Assembly: GCA_963559585.1 (NCBI GenBank)
Contig: CAUWLJ010000004.1
Coordinates: forward strand, 2,954 to 66,953
Direction: 5' to 3'
Source of the DNA: an uncultured Eisenbergiella sp.
GTDB taxonomy: Bacteria > Bacillota > Clostridia > Lachnospirales > Lachnospiraceae
DNA: 64,000 nucleotides
Both the position numbers and the translations under genes were made by a program. This document shows positions 8,999-18,097 of this stretch, piece after piece; position 1 is the first letter of the stretch, and every line of letters starts with the position of its first letter. The notes under the pieces were generated by a model. It searched no databases. It had not been told where the DNA came from and saw nothing but the letters and a program-made list of their open reading frames with translations.

Positions 8999-9043
8999 GG
9001 CTGAGCTGTTACAATCAGATTAGACGAAAGGAAGAATAAGACT

Positions 9044-9286
9044 ATGGAAGCAAATAGAGCGCAGATCGACAACCTGGTATCCCTGCTTGACGGCTATGCC
9101 GAAAAGGGCGGCCACCATCTGAATGTGAACGTGCTGAACCGCGACACCCTGCTGGATGCGCAGAAGCACCCGGAGAAATATCCCCAGCTTACCATCCGCG
9201 TATCCGGCTATGCGGTGAATTTTATCAAGCTGACCCCTCAGCAGCAGGCTGACGTGATTTCCCGTACCTTCCACGAAGCTCTGTAA
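9044..9286 (+). CDS. grcA: Stand-alone glycyl-radical domain (GrcA/YfiD-like), equal to the missing C-terminus of PflB
   Basis: [37 protein letters not shown]...[12 protein letters not shown]; AAAGGA RBS. Confidence 0.9.
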   Translation: MEANRAQIDNLVSLLDGYAEKGGHHLNVNVLNRDTLLDAQKHPEKYPQLTIRVSGYAVNFIKLTPQQQADVISRTFHEAL

Positions 9287-9290
9287 AAAA

Positions 9291-9370
9291 GTGTGCGTCT
9301 TGACGCACACCCGCGCCGGGCGCGATTGCCGTCAGGCAATATCTGCCTTCCGCGCGAGTGCGCATCCACA
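9291..9370. repeat. 80-bp structured interspersed repeat, copy 1
   Basis: 73/80 identical by hand alignment to 12178-12257; internal hairpins GTGTGCGTC-TT-GACGCACAC and ATTGCC-GTCA-GGCAAT. Confidence 0.9.
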
Positions 9371-9381
9371 GCGGAGCGTCC

Positions 9382-9469
9382 TTTTTTATACAATAGGAAA
9401 GGCACTTTCCTATTGTATAAAAAAAGAACAGCCCCGGCAGGTTTACCCATCCTGCCCGGGGCTGTTCTT
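9382..9469. terminator. Perfect 20-bp inverted repeat with A/T tails plus a second GC-rich hairpin between grcA and pflA
   Basis: TTTTTTATACAATAGGAAAG-GCA-CTTTCCTATTGTATAAAAAA (9382-9424); AAGAACAGCCCCGGCAGG..CCTGCCCGGGGCTGTTCTT (9424-9469). Confidence 0.7.
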
Positions 9470-9570
9470 CCCTCACGGGATGGAAGCCGCCGGAGCCGGC
9501 TGACGCAAAATAACAGGCTGTCCGGCCTGGATTTTCTATATTCCAAATATTTTCAGGAAGGAGACTGACT

Positions 9571-10362
9571 ATGCTGGGAAACATACATTCTATTGAAACC
9601 TTTGGCACCGTGGACGGCCCCGGCGTCAGATTCGTCGTTTTTCTGCAGGGCTGCCCCATGCGCTGCGCCTACTGCCACAATCCGGATACCTGGGAGATAA
9701 ATGCGGGAACGCCCACCGCACCGAAGGAGCTGATGGAGGCCTTCGACCGGAACCGCAGCTTCTACAAGGACGGCGGAATCACCGTGACCGGAGGAGAGCC
9801 CCTGCTTCAGCTCGACTTCCTTCTGGAGTTTTTTACCCTGGCCAAAGCAGAAGGAATCCACACCTGCATTGATTCCTCCGGTATTCCCTTCAACCCATCG
9901 GATAAAGACTGGATGAGGAAGCTCGACCTTCTCCTTTCCATGACAGATCTGGTCATGCTGGACATTAAGCACATCGACCCGAAACGCCACAGGGAACTGA
10001 CCGGATGCCCCAACGACAACATTCTTCTTTTTGCCCACTATCTGGACAGGAAAAAAATTCCCGTGTGGATCCGGCATGTGGTGGTTCCCACTGTCACCGA
10101 TGACGAAGCCTGCCTCTACCGTCTGGGCTGGTTCATCGGCGGACTGAGCAACCTGAAAGCATTGGATATTCTTCCCTACCATACCATGGGAGTCGCCAAA
10201 TACCAAAAGCTGGGGATCCCTTACCGCCTGGAGGGCATTCCCGCCATGGAACGTCCTGCCCTGCTGCTGAAAAAGCAGACCGTATTGAAGGGGATCAGAG
10301 ATCGGAGAAGGGAAAAGGAAGCAGACAGAAGCGGCAAACCCAGGAAACCGGGACGAAGGTAA
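9571..10362 (+). CDS. pflA: Pyruvate formate-lyase activating enzyme (radical SAM)
   Basis: IHSIETFGTVDGPGVRFVVFLQGCPMRCAYCHNPDTW (CxxxCxxC), GGITVTGGEPLLQ. Confidence 0.95.
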   Translation: MLGNIHSIETFGTVDGPGVRFVVFLQGCPMRCAYCHNPDTWEINAGTPTAPKELMEAFDRNRSFYKDGGITVTGGEPLLQLDFLLEFFTLAKAEGIHTCIDSSGIPFNPSDKDWMRKLDLLLSMTDLVMLDIKHIDPKRHRELTGCPNDNILLFAHYLDRKKIPVWIRHVVVPTVTDDEACLYRLGWFIGGLSNLKALDILPYHTMGVAKYQKLGIPYRLEGIPAMERPALLLKKQTVLKGIRDRRREKEADRSGKPRKPGRR

Positions 10363-10403
10363 GACAGCCTCTGCCCCGGCCATGCACCGCCCTGTATGGT
10401 TTA

Positions 10404-11333
10404 TCACGCCGCCCCGCGCCCCTTCCGGCCGCAGGCCTCGTCAAATTCCCTCAGCCTCCGTTTGGCTTCCTCACTCAGGTTTTTCGGCACATCAATCTGT
10501 ATCGTCACATACTGGTCGCCCCGCTGTGAAGCGTTCTGCATAGATACAACACCCTTGCCCTTCAGGCGGATTCTGGTACCGGACTGTGTGCCGGGGCGTA
10601 TACGGCAGGCTACTCTGCCCGAAAGAGTTTCCACCACCGCCTCCCCTCCCAGAACCGCTGTTGAGAAGGGAATGCGGGCCGTGGTAAAAAGATCCATCCC
10701 CTTTCTCTCAAAACCAGGGCGGGAGCCGACCTGTACCTGAATCAGCAGATCCCCTGGCCGGCCGCCTCCTCTCCCCGGCTGGCCCCTGCCGCGCAGCCGG
10801 ATCGTCTTGCCCGTATCTATCCCTGCCGGAATATGCACCTTCAGAGACTGCCGTTCCCCCCTTTCATCTGTTAGATGGATCAGCTTGTCACAGCCTGATA
10901 TGGCTTCGTCAAAGCCGATCCTGATCTCTGCATGCAGATCAGCCCCCTCACCCTGAGGCATATCCCACCCGAATCCTCCTCCGGATCCGCCAAAGCCAAA
11001 GCTTCCTCCGAAAATATCCCTCAGAATATCATCCATGTCCGATTCTGTAAAATGATATTCCCTTCTTTCTGTGCCAGAGCCTGCAGAGCCCTGCCCGCCG
11101 GTATCGTCAAAGGCGGAAAATCCATACCGGTCATAGAGCTTTCTCTTCTCAGGATCACTGAGAATGGCATATGCCTCTGTAGCCTCCTTAAAACGCTCCT
11201 CCGCCTGCGCATTTCCCGCATTGCTGTCCGGGTGGTACTGTTTCGCCAGCCTCCGGTATGCCTTCTTTATCATACCGATGTCAGCGGTGCGCGGGACTCC
11301 AAGGACTTCGTAGCAGTCTCTCTTTGCGTCCAT
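10404..11333 (-). CDS. Class B J-domain protein (CbpA/DnaJ-like, no zinc finger)
   Basis: YEVLGV...[12 protein letters not shown]-domain; C-terminal DnaJ substrate-binding repeats; no CxxCxGxG; start 11333 chosen from GGAGG spacing. Confidence 0.9.
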   Translation of the reverse strand: MDAKRDCYEVLGVPRTADIGMIKKAYRRLAKQYHPDSNAGNAQAEERFKEATEAYAILSDPEKRKLYDRYGFSAFDDTGGQGSAGSGTERREYHFTESDMDDILRDIFGGSFGFGGSGGGFGWDMPQGEGADLHAEIRIGFDEAISGCDKLIHLTDERGERQSLKVHIPAGIDTGKTIRLRGRGQPGRGGGRPGDLLIQVQVGSRPGFERKGMDLFTTARIPFSTAVLGGEAVVETLSGRVACRIRPGTQSGTRIRLKGKGVVSMQNASQRGDQYVTIQIDVPKNLSEEAKRRLREFDEACGRKGRGAA

Positions 11334-11517
11334 ACCCATACCTCCACAAAATATATTGATAATAATTGACCCCGCAGGCAAGGCCTGCAGGGTCTTATTT
11401 CAGATGACGGAGTTTCTTTTAAAGCCCTCGCCCGCCATTCCATTTGCAGCTGTTCAGCGGCGCTGGCCGTCCAAAGCCTTGTCAGGGCTTCCGATGCGGC
11501 ACAGTGCCTTCCGCTTA

Positions 11518-11976
11518 TCACTCAATGGGGATAAAGCGGTTGTTTTCCTCCACTGCCTTCTTTTCTTCCTTAGGAAGGGAGAATTTCAGGATCCCGCTTT
11601 CATATCTGGGATGAATGTCCTGCTCCGTCACATGCTCTCCTACATAGAAGCTGCGGCTCATGCTGCCGGCGTACCGCTCCTGTCTCACGTATCTGCCCTT
11701 CTTGTTTTCCGTGTCCTTGTCCAGTCCCTTTGAGGCTGTGATCGTCAGATAGCCGTCGTGCAGCTGAAGCTGGATCTCGTCCTTGCTGAAGCCGGGCAGA
11801 TCCATGTCGACCTCATAGCCGTTTTCCGTCTCACGCACATCGGTCTTCATCATATTCTTCGCATGCTTTCCGTACAGCACTCTGTCCACATCCGGAAAAT
11901 CCTCAAAGGCTGGAAATGCAAATCCATTCATAAAATCATCAAACAGGTTTTCTCCAAAAATACTGGGTCTTAACAT
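11518..11976 (-). CDS. Hsp20/alpha-crystallin small heat-shock protein
   Basis: MKTDVRE...DLPGFSKDEI...RQERYAGSMSRSF...YESGILKFSLPK. Confidence 0.95.
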   Translation of the reverse strand: MLRPSIFGENLFDDFMNGFAFPAFEDFPDVDRVLYGKHAKNMMKTDVRETENGYEVDMDLPGFSKDEIQLQLHDGYLTITASKGLDKDTENKKGRYVRQERYAGSMSRSFYVGEHVTEQDIHPRYESGILKFSLPKEEKKAVEENNRFIPIE

Positions 11977-12098
11977 AAGTCATCTCTCCTTTCGCAAAAT
12001 GAAACCGTATCTTCGCATTGCCAGGAAATCTGGTATGTTGTGTTCTGAATCAGAGAATCCGGAAGCTTCTTTGTTTCCTTTTCCTTTGTTCTATTCGT

Positions 12099-12141
12099 AA
12101 TATAACACATATAATCAGCACTGTCAAGTACTGAGTGCTAA
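12099..12141 (-). promoter_or_regulatory. SigA promoter of hsp20 overlapped by a CIRCE (HrcA operator)
   Basis: Minus strand TTAGCACTC-N9-CAGTGCTGA (12141-12115) vs CIRCE TTAGCACTC-N9-GAGTGCTAA; TTGACA(12127-22)-17-TATATT(12104-12099). Confidence 0.85.
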
Positions 12142-12177
12142 TTTTTTTAAATATTCAAACATGTTCTAAATAAAACA

Positions 12178-12257
12178 GTGTGCGTCTTGAGACTCACCCG
12201 CGCCGAGCGCGATTGCCGTCAGGCAATATCTGCCTCTCGCGCGAATGCGCATCCACA
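12178..12257. repeat. 80-bp structured interspersed repeat, copy 2
   Basis: Same orientation as 9291-9370, 7 differences. Confidence 0.9.
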
Positions 12258-12265
12258 AGGTTCCC

Positions 12266-15200
12266 TCAGAAGCCCTCTGTCAGGCTCCCATTCTGTGTCC
12301 TTTTCATTCTTCCCTGCTCCACTGCCCTGCATACCACCTGGCTCATGCGGCCCGTAATCGCACTCCCTGCCCTGGCAAATCCCAGCTTCTGGGCAGCTGC
12401 ACGGTTCAGCTCCTCCTCCGGAAGGCTGATCTGCTCCTCCAGAACCTCCAGCATGGCGTTCCGTATTTCCTGAAAGGGAATGTCCTCTATGCCGCGCCGC
12501 CCGCCATCCCCGTCCTCCACCCGGTAAACAGCATATTCCTCCGGCTCCTGTCCAGGGCTCCAGAGAAAGCTTCTTCCTCCCTCCTGCGTAACACTGTGGC
12601 TCACGCCGGCAAGAGCCTGGTCAAAAATACGCTCCACTCTGGCTCCGGCTCTGGAGATTCCCCAGGCGCCCAGCACTTTTTTCAGAAGAAGGCGGCGGCT
12701 GATGGGAGCCTCCTTTTCCAGAATCTCCCTGATTGTCTGTATGATCCGCTGCTGCATATCGGAACGGTAAAAGTCGTCAGCCGTACCCAGTACAGAAAGC
12801 GGTGCATCTATATAGGAAAGAGCACGGACAGGAGCATACTCCTTCTGCCCCGTCTTTTCCAGCGGCAAAATACTGGGCGGCAGGATGCCGGCCGTGGAAA
12901 GAAGGCGGCCGCTTTCCTTCCCGGCATGCTTTTCCCTCCTCCCTTCTTTTCCTTCTTCCGCTTCCCTGAGCGCCCGTCTCACCTTCTCCGCCACAGCGGC
13001 CGGGTCGTCCAGCCAGTCCAGCGTCCAAAGCCGCAGAAGCCTCCATCCCAGCCCCTCCAGCACCGCAGGCTGAAGCAGGAAACGGTCATGGGAGGTAACG
13101 GCCGCCAGACAGCTTCTCCCATCCAGAAGGATTCCCAAAAGGCAGGTATCCCTCCGGGCGGGATCGACCACGCCGATGTCCACCCGGAGCCGGGAGACAC
13201 CGATACTGCATCGTGTTTCATATCCCATGCCTTCAACAGCCTGGGCCATCTCCCTGATCAGGCCATCCGTCTGCTTTTCTTCGGGCTCCTCCGTTTTGGG
13301 AAGGGCAGCCTGGCCCACAGCGGCATATTCCAGAAAACCTTTTAGTCCGGCCACTCCTTCTGAGCGGGTACGGGACAGATCCATCTGCTCCGGCCTGAGC
13401 GCCGAGTAAATCAGCATGGATTTTCTGGCACGGGAAATTGCCACATTCAGCCGCCTCCATCCTCCTTCCCGGTTCAGCGGCCCAAAATTCATGGAAATCC
13501 TCCCCTTCTCATCCGGGCCGTAACCGATAGAAAACAGGATAACATCTCTTTCGTCACCCTGCACGTTCTCCAGATTCTTCACAAAAACAGGTTCTTCCCT
13601 CTCTCTGTCCCATTCCTCCAGCTCAGGAGCTTTTCTGAATTCCTCCTGGAGCAGATCCTCAATCAGATTCCGCTGTGCGGAGCCGAACGTCACCACGCCG
13701 CAGCTTTCCTCCCGCAGTCGTTCATCCCGAAGACGGCGGACAAGCTCTGCCACTACAGCCTCCGCCTCTCCCCTGTTCTGGCGGCTCCCGCCCTTCTCAT
13801 AGCAGCCCTCCACAGGGATCAGCCGCACTGCCTGTGCCTGATCACAGGGGGAGGGGAACGTATAAAGCCTGTTTTCATAATACCTTCTGTTGCTGTAGGC
13901 AATCAGGCTTTCATGGCGTGAGCGGTAATGCCACTTCAGATATTTCTGCGGCATGGAAATGGTCAGGCAGTCCTCCAGCAGGCTTTCCAGCTCTTCTCCT
14001 TCTTCCTCCTCTCCCTCCGGCCTGTTGGCAGAGAAAAACCGGGTAGGCGGAAGCTGTCTGGGATCTCCCACCACCACCACATTTCTGCCCCTGGCAATCG
14101 CTCCCACGGCCTCGCTGGTGGGAAGCTGGGAAGCCTCGTCAAAAATCACCAGATCGAACAGCGGAAAAGAAGGGTCAAGGTACTGCGCCACGGAGATCGG
14201 GCTCATCAGCATACAGGGGCAAAGCCGTTTCAGCAGATTGGGAATCTGACGGAACAGGCGGCGCAGCGATATACGGCGGCCATTGCTCCGTATGGCCTTC
14301 TGCAGAATTCCCATTTCTGAGGAAGCGCAGCCAGGCGTTCCGGAAACGGGAACCCTGGAGGACAGTCTGGCAGACAGCTCCTGAAGGGTCAGTCCCTGAA
14401 ATTCCTCCATAATCCGGCTATACTGGGCAATGATGCTGTCATACTGTTTTCCCTGGAAATCAGCCAGAGCAGGATCCTCCTCTATCGTCTGAAGCAAAAG
14501 GGCATAGCTCAGGCCGCAGCGATAAGCCGGTTCCAGCTCCACAGGCTTTACGGCTCCCGACCGAAAGGCCTCACTCACATTGGACAGCCCCTCTCCACGC
14601 AGCCTGGAATCGATCTGGTTGAAGGCTGCCATATCCCTCAGTTCTGAAATATGGGCAAGACAGAGGTTCAGTACAGCCTCCAGCTTCTGCGGCCAGCCAG
14701 GGCGGGCAGAGGACTTTTCCCCGCCTTCTCTCCTTTCGCCCGTTCCGCCTATCTCCCATTCCAAAAAGGAGATCTCATACCTTCCTGCCAGATCGTCTGC
14801 CATCCGGCAGAAGGCTTCCAGACGGTCTGCGGCCTCTGCCAGTCCCAGGCTGTTTTCTGCAGAGCCAAATCCCTCTCCCCTTTCCACAATCCGGTATCCC
14901 TCCGGGAGCCTCTGACACAGACAGTGCAGTCTGTCCGTCTTTTCCAGTGCCGCCTCCAGCAGCTGCCAGTCCGTTAACGTCCCCTGATACAGCCCGCCCA
15001 GCAGAAAAACCAACTGCCCCGGCACTTCCTCCAACAGCCTTTTCTGGCCGTCTGCCAGCTCCAGCTCCTCATAGATGGCAGGCAGACTTTCCTTCGTCAC
15101 CCTGTCGGGCGTTTTGGCATACGCGCGCAGCTCCTTTACCAGCAGGCGTTGTCCCACCCACCGCATGACCGGCCAGCTTTCCCCGCTTTTCTTCCAATCC

Positions 15201-17203
15201 TGCTGTGCCTGACGGACGGGATAGGAAAAAACGGATTCCTCAAAATCCTCCCGCAGACGGGCGCAGCGCTGCCCATACTCTTTTCCGGTAACGATCAGGC
15301 TTCGGATCTCCTCCCTCACCGTCTCGTAGTGGGGCGCCTGGAGCAGGGCGGACAGAAGGGGCGCAGGAAAGCGGAGCGCAGATACCAGCTCCAGCAGGGT
15401 ATGGACAGAAGCTTCATCCTCCGTCCGATACTCCGCCCAGGCCTCCAGCAGCTCCAGATCACGCCCAGCCTGTCCGCAGGCGGACAGAAGCTTCTTCATA
15501 TCGGCGGCCATTCCGTCCCGTATTTCCAGGGAGTATTCCCTGCATCCTATCCCGCGCAGAGGATGAATCCGGTAATCCCCGACTGCCTCCGCCGCCGTCC
15601 TGTATCGGAAGATCAATTCGTCCCAGGCATCCAGGCGTTCCCTTCCGATGTGGAATAGCCCGCCCCCACAGACCACATCCCGGCGGCCGCAGTGAACCGC
15701 TTCCTCCTGAGAAGCGCATCCTGCCGCAGATCTTTTTTCCAGAAACGACAGCTTCCCTTTATAGGCTTCATACCGTTTATAGGTCTCAATCATTTCATAC
15801 AGGGACATACCGCATTCCCGCCTGCGGTGCATGGCGTCCACGATATGCCCCAGGCTGCTCCGCAGGCGTTCCAGCTTCTCTGCAGTCTCCCCATATTTTT
15901 CAGGCGGCTGCGTCCTGCCCAGCTCCAGAACCCTGTTCAGCTCCCTGAGCACCGTGGTTTTATTCGTTTTATTGGAATGCAGCTCCAGACAGAAGGGATC
16001 CAGCCCGATCTGGGACAGCCTTTTACGCACTACGTTCAGCGCGGCCATCTTTTCTGCCACGAAAAGCACGCTCTGGCCATGGTAGAGCGCGTTTGCAATC
16101 ATGTTGGCAATGGTCTGGGATTTTCCGGTTCCCGGAGGGCCGTGCAGGACGAAGCTCTGCCCCTTTGCCGCCGTACAGACAGCCGCAAGCTGAGAGGCAT
16201 CGGCACTTAGCGGAACGACTGTGTCCTTCACCGAAATCTCCTGCTCCAGCTTCTCCTCCTCCACCATTTCGCCCATGGCAGTCCAGTCCATCTCCCCCCG
16301 AAGCAGGCCGGAAACTACCGGGCTTCGCTCCAGCTCCTCCCCCCGGCTGTGAATGTCGTTCCACATCACAAACTGCCCGAAGGAAAAAAGACCAAGAAAG
16401 GCGATCTCCTCCACCTCCCACCGTTTCCTGTCCCCAACCGCCCGGCGGACAGTCTGAAAAATCAGGGACAGATCCAGGCCATGCTCATCCTCAGGCAGAG
16501 GATCCAGGCCGGTGATGGAAACGCCATACTCCTGCCGCAGATATTCCAGCAGGGTAATATTGACCTGCGCCTCCTCCTGGCGGCTTCTGATCAGATACCT
16601 CTGCCCTCTGATCCGCTTCACCAGCTCCACCGGAACCAGAACCAGCGGCGCATAGCGGGCACGCTCCGCCCGGTCATCCTCAAACCAGCGCAGGAAACCC
16701 AGCGCCAGGTAAAGGGTATTTGTGCCATTCTCCTCCATACTCATCCTGGCTGAACGGTACAGCTCCTTTAAATGCTTCTCCAGCTCCGCTTCCTCCAGAA
16801 AAGTACGGAGTCTCCCTTTTTCAAGAGCCTCCCGGGCCGCCTCTGCCATCTGTCCCCCGTTCTCCCGGTCTGTGCGGATTTCCTTTGCCTGCGCTGGCTG
16901 TGTCCATCCGGGCAGCGCCTCCAGAATAAGAAGCTCCCTCCCCTGCGCCAGTGCATCCTCCAATCCGGTCAGCTCTGCCGCCATGAGCTGGAGCGCCTTT
17001 TGGGTCACACGAAAATTCAAAAGGGTATTGCGCAGACTGAAATCCAACAGCTCCCGCTCCCACAGCCGGCGGCGGGAAAAGCCGCTTTTCCCATCCCCGG
17101 CAGCGCTCTGAACCGCTGCGCCTGCCTGCCCCTTTGTGCCTGCCTCCTTCTCTGTATCTGCTCTCATCTCTGCTCCTGCCTGCTCCCGCAAAACTCTCTC
17201 CAT
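12266..17203 (-). CDS. DUF4011 + SF1 (Upf1/DNA2-like) helicase + Vsr-like + DUF3320-type large protein (Hhe-like defence candidate)
   Basis: WERELLDFSLRNTLLNF (DUF4011), GPPGTGKSQTIAN, DEASQ, GDPRQLPPT, HYRSRHESLI, NVQGDERD, RRLNVAISRAR, then DIGVVDP..LLGILLDG..LGWRLLRLWTLDW; start 17203 or 17167. Confidence 0.85.
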   Translation of the reverse strand: MERVLREQAGAEMRADTEKEAGTKGQAGAAVQSAAGDGKSGFSRRRLWERELLDFSLRNTLLNFRVTQKALQLMAAELTGLEDALAQGRELLILEALPGWTQPAQAKEIRTDRENGGQMAEAAREALEKGRLRTFLEEAELEKHLKELYRSARMSMEENGTNTLYLALGFLRWFEDDRAERARYAPLVLVPVELVKRIRGQRYLIRSRQEEAQVNITLLEYLRQEYGVSITGLDPLPEDEHGLDLSLIFQTVRRAVGDRKRWEVEEIAFLGLFSFGQFVMWNDIHSRGEELERSPVVSGLLRGEMDWTAMGEMVEEEKLEQEISVKDTVVPLSADASQLAAVCTAAKGQSFVLHGPPGTGKSQTIANMIANALYHGQSVLFVAEKMAALNVVRKRLSQIGLDPFCLELHSNKTNKTTVLRELNRVLELGRTQPPEKYGETAEKLERLRSSLGHIVDAMHRRRECGMSLYEMIETYKRYEAYKGKLSFLEKRSAAGCASQEEAVHCGRRDVVCGGGLFHIGRERLDAWDELIFRYRTAAEAVGDYRIHPLRGIGCREYSLEIRDGMAADMKKLLSACGQAGRDLELLEAWAEYRTEDEASVHTLLELVSALRFPAPLLSALLQAPHYETVREEIRSLIVTGKEYGQRCARLREDFEESVFSYPVRQAQQDWKKSGESWPVMRWVGQRLLVKELRAYAKTPDRVTKESLPAIYEELELADGQKRLLEEVPGQLVFLLGGLYQGTLTDWQLLEAALEKTDRLHCLCQRLPEGYRIVERGEGFGSAENSLGLAEAADRLEAFCRMADDLAGRYEISFLEWEIGGTGERREGGEKSSARPGWPQKLEAVLNLCLAHISELRDMAAFNQIDSRLRGEGLSNVSEAFRSGAVKPVELEPAYRCGLSYALLLQTIEEDPALADFQGKQYDSIIAQYSRIMEEFQGLTLQELSARLSSRVPVSGTPGCASSEMGILQKAIRSNGRRISLRRLFRQIPNLLKRLCPCMLMSPISVAQYLDPSFPLFDLVIFDEASQLPTSEAVGAIARGRNVVVVGDPRQLPPTRFFSANRPEGEEEEGEELESLLEDCLTISMPQKYLKWHYRSRHESLIAYSNRRYYENRLYTFPSPCDQAQAVRLIPVEGCYEKGGSRQNRGEAEAVVAELVRRLRDERLREESCGVVTFGSAQRNLIEDLLQEEFRKAPELEEWDREREEPVFVKNLENVQGDERDVILFSIGYGPDEKGRISMNFGPLNREGGWRRLNVAISRARKSMLIYSALRPEQMDLSRTRSEGVAGLKGFLEYAAVGQAALPKTEEPEEKQTDGLIREMAQAVEGMGYETRCSIGVSRLRVDIGVVDPARRDTCLLGILLDGRSCLAAVTSHDRFLLQPAVLEGLGWRLLRLWTLDWLDDPAAVAEKVRRALREAEEGKEGRREKHAGKESGRLLSTAGILPPSILPLEKTGQKEYAPVRALSYIDAPLSVLGTADDFYRSDMQQRIIQTIREILEKEAPISRRLLLKKVLGAWGISRAGARVERIFDQALAGVSHSVTQEGGRSFLWSPGQEPEEYAVYRVEDGDGGRRGIEDIPFQEIRNAMLEVLEEQISLPEEELNRAAAQKLGFARAGSAITGRMSQVVCRAVEQGRMKRTQNGSLTEGF

Positions 17204-17413
17204 GCTCTGCTCCTGTCCACGCACTGTTATGTACTTTTTTTGAAAAGATATGCTTACCTGCCTGCCGAAGTTCTTTGACCTCCGGTTCCTCTGCTTTCAT
17301 TATAGCGAAAATTCAGGCAGATACAATTTCTATTTCTCTCTGATGTGCTGTGTGCTATACTTTCATTACTATTTGCTTCCACATAAAATAAACGCTGAAA
17401 AGGATAGCTGTAT

Positions 17414-18097
17414 ATGCAGAAAATTATGATTATTGAGGATGAGCCTGCCGTCCGTCAGGAGCTTGCTCTCCTGCTTCAAAACGAAGGCTGGCAGGCCATC
17501 CCCGTAGAGCATTTCCACGATATTCCCGGACAGGCGGCTTCACTCAGACCCGACCTGATTCTGCTGGATCTGAATCTGCCGGAAAAGGATGGTTTTACCC
17601 TGTGTGCCCAGCTGCGCAACAGGAAAAATACACCCATTATTTTCGTCACCGGCCGCGAAAGCGCCATGGACGAGCTTCATGCCCTGAGCCTGGGCGGGGA
17701 CGATTATATCACCAAGCCCTACAACATCCCTCTCCTTCTGGCCCGTATCAGAGCTGTCCTCCGCCGGAGCACGACACAGGCTGCGCCGGATGTGATGCTG
17801 GTAAACGGGCTGGCTCTGGATCTGGCAAAAGGGATCATCACCAATACAGACCGCCTGTCTGCAGATGCGGCCCAGACCGAACTGACCCGCAATGAGCTTC
17901 GGATCCTGGCTCACCTGATGAACCATCCGGGGCAGATCGTTTCCAGGGCCGATCTGATTGAGACGCTCTGGAACAGCCATATCTATATCGATGACAACAC
18001 GCTGAGTGTGAATATGACGCGCCTGCGGGCTAAGCTGGCAGATCTGGGACTGCCGGACTACATCAGAACCCGTCGTGGGCTGGGGTATCAGATATGA
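17414..18097 (+). CDS. OmpR-family response regulator (BceR/GraR-like)
   Basis: IMIIEDE, LILLDLNLP, GGDDYITKP, IRTRRGLGY. Confidence 0.92.
   Translation: MQKIMIIEDEPAVRQELALLLQNEGWQAIPVEHFHDIPGQAASLRPDLILLDLNLPEKDGFTLCAQLRNRKNTPIIFVTGRESAMDELHALSLGGDDYITKPYNIPLLLARIRAVLRRSTTQAAPDVMLVNGLALDLAKGIITNTDRLSADAAQTELTRNELRILAHLMNHPGQIVSRADLIETLWNSHIYIDDNTLSVNMTRLRAKLADLGLPDYIRTRRGLGYQI

Noticed and set aside
8560-9060. Intron, intein or frameshift joining pflB and grcA
   Set aside because: pflB has a clean stop, both downstream ORFs have their own RBS, and no splice or slippery signatures were seen; RT-PCR would settle it.
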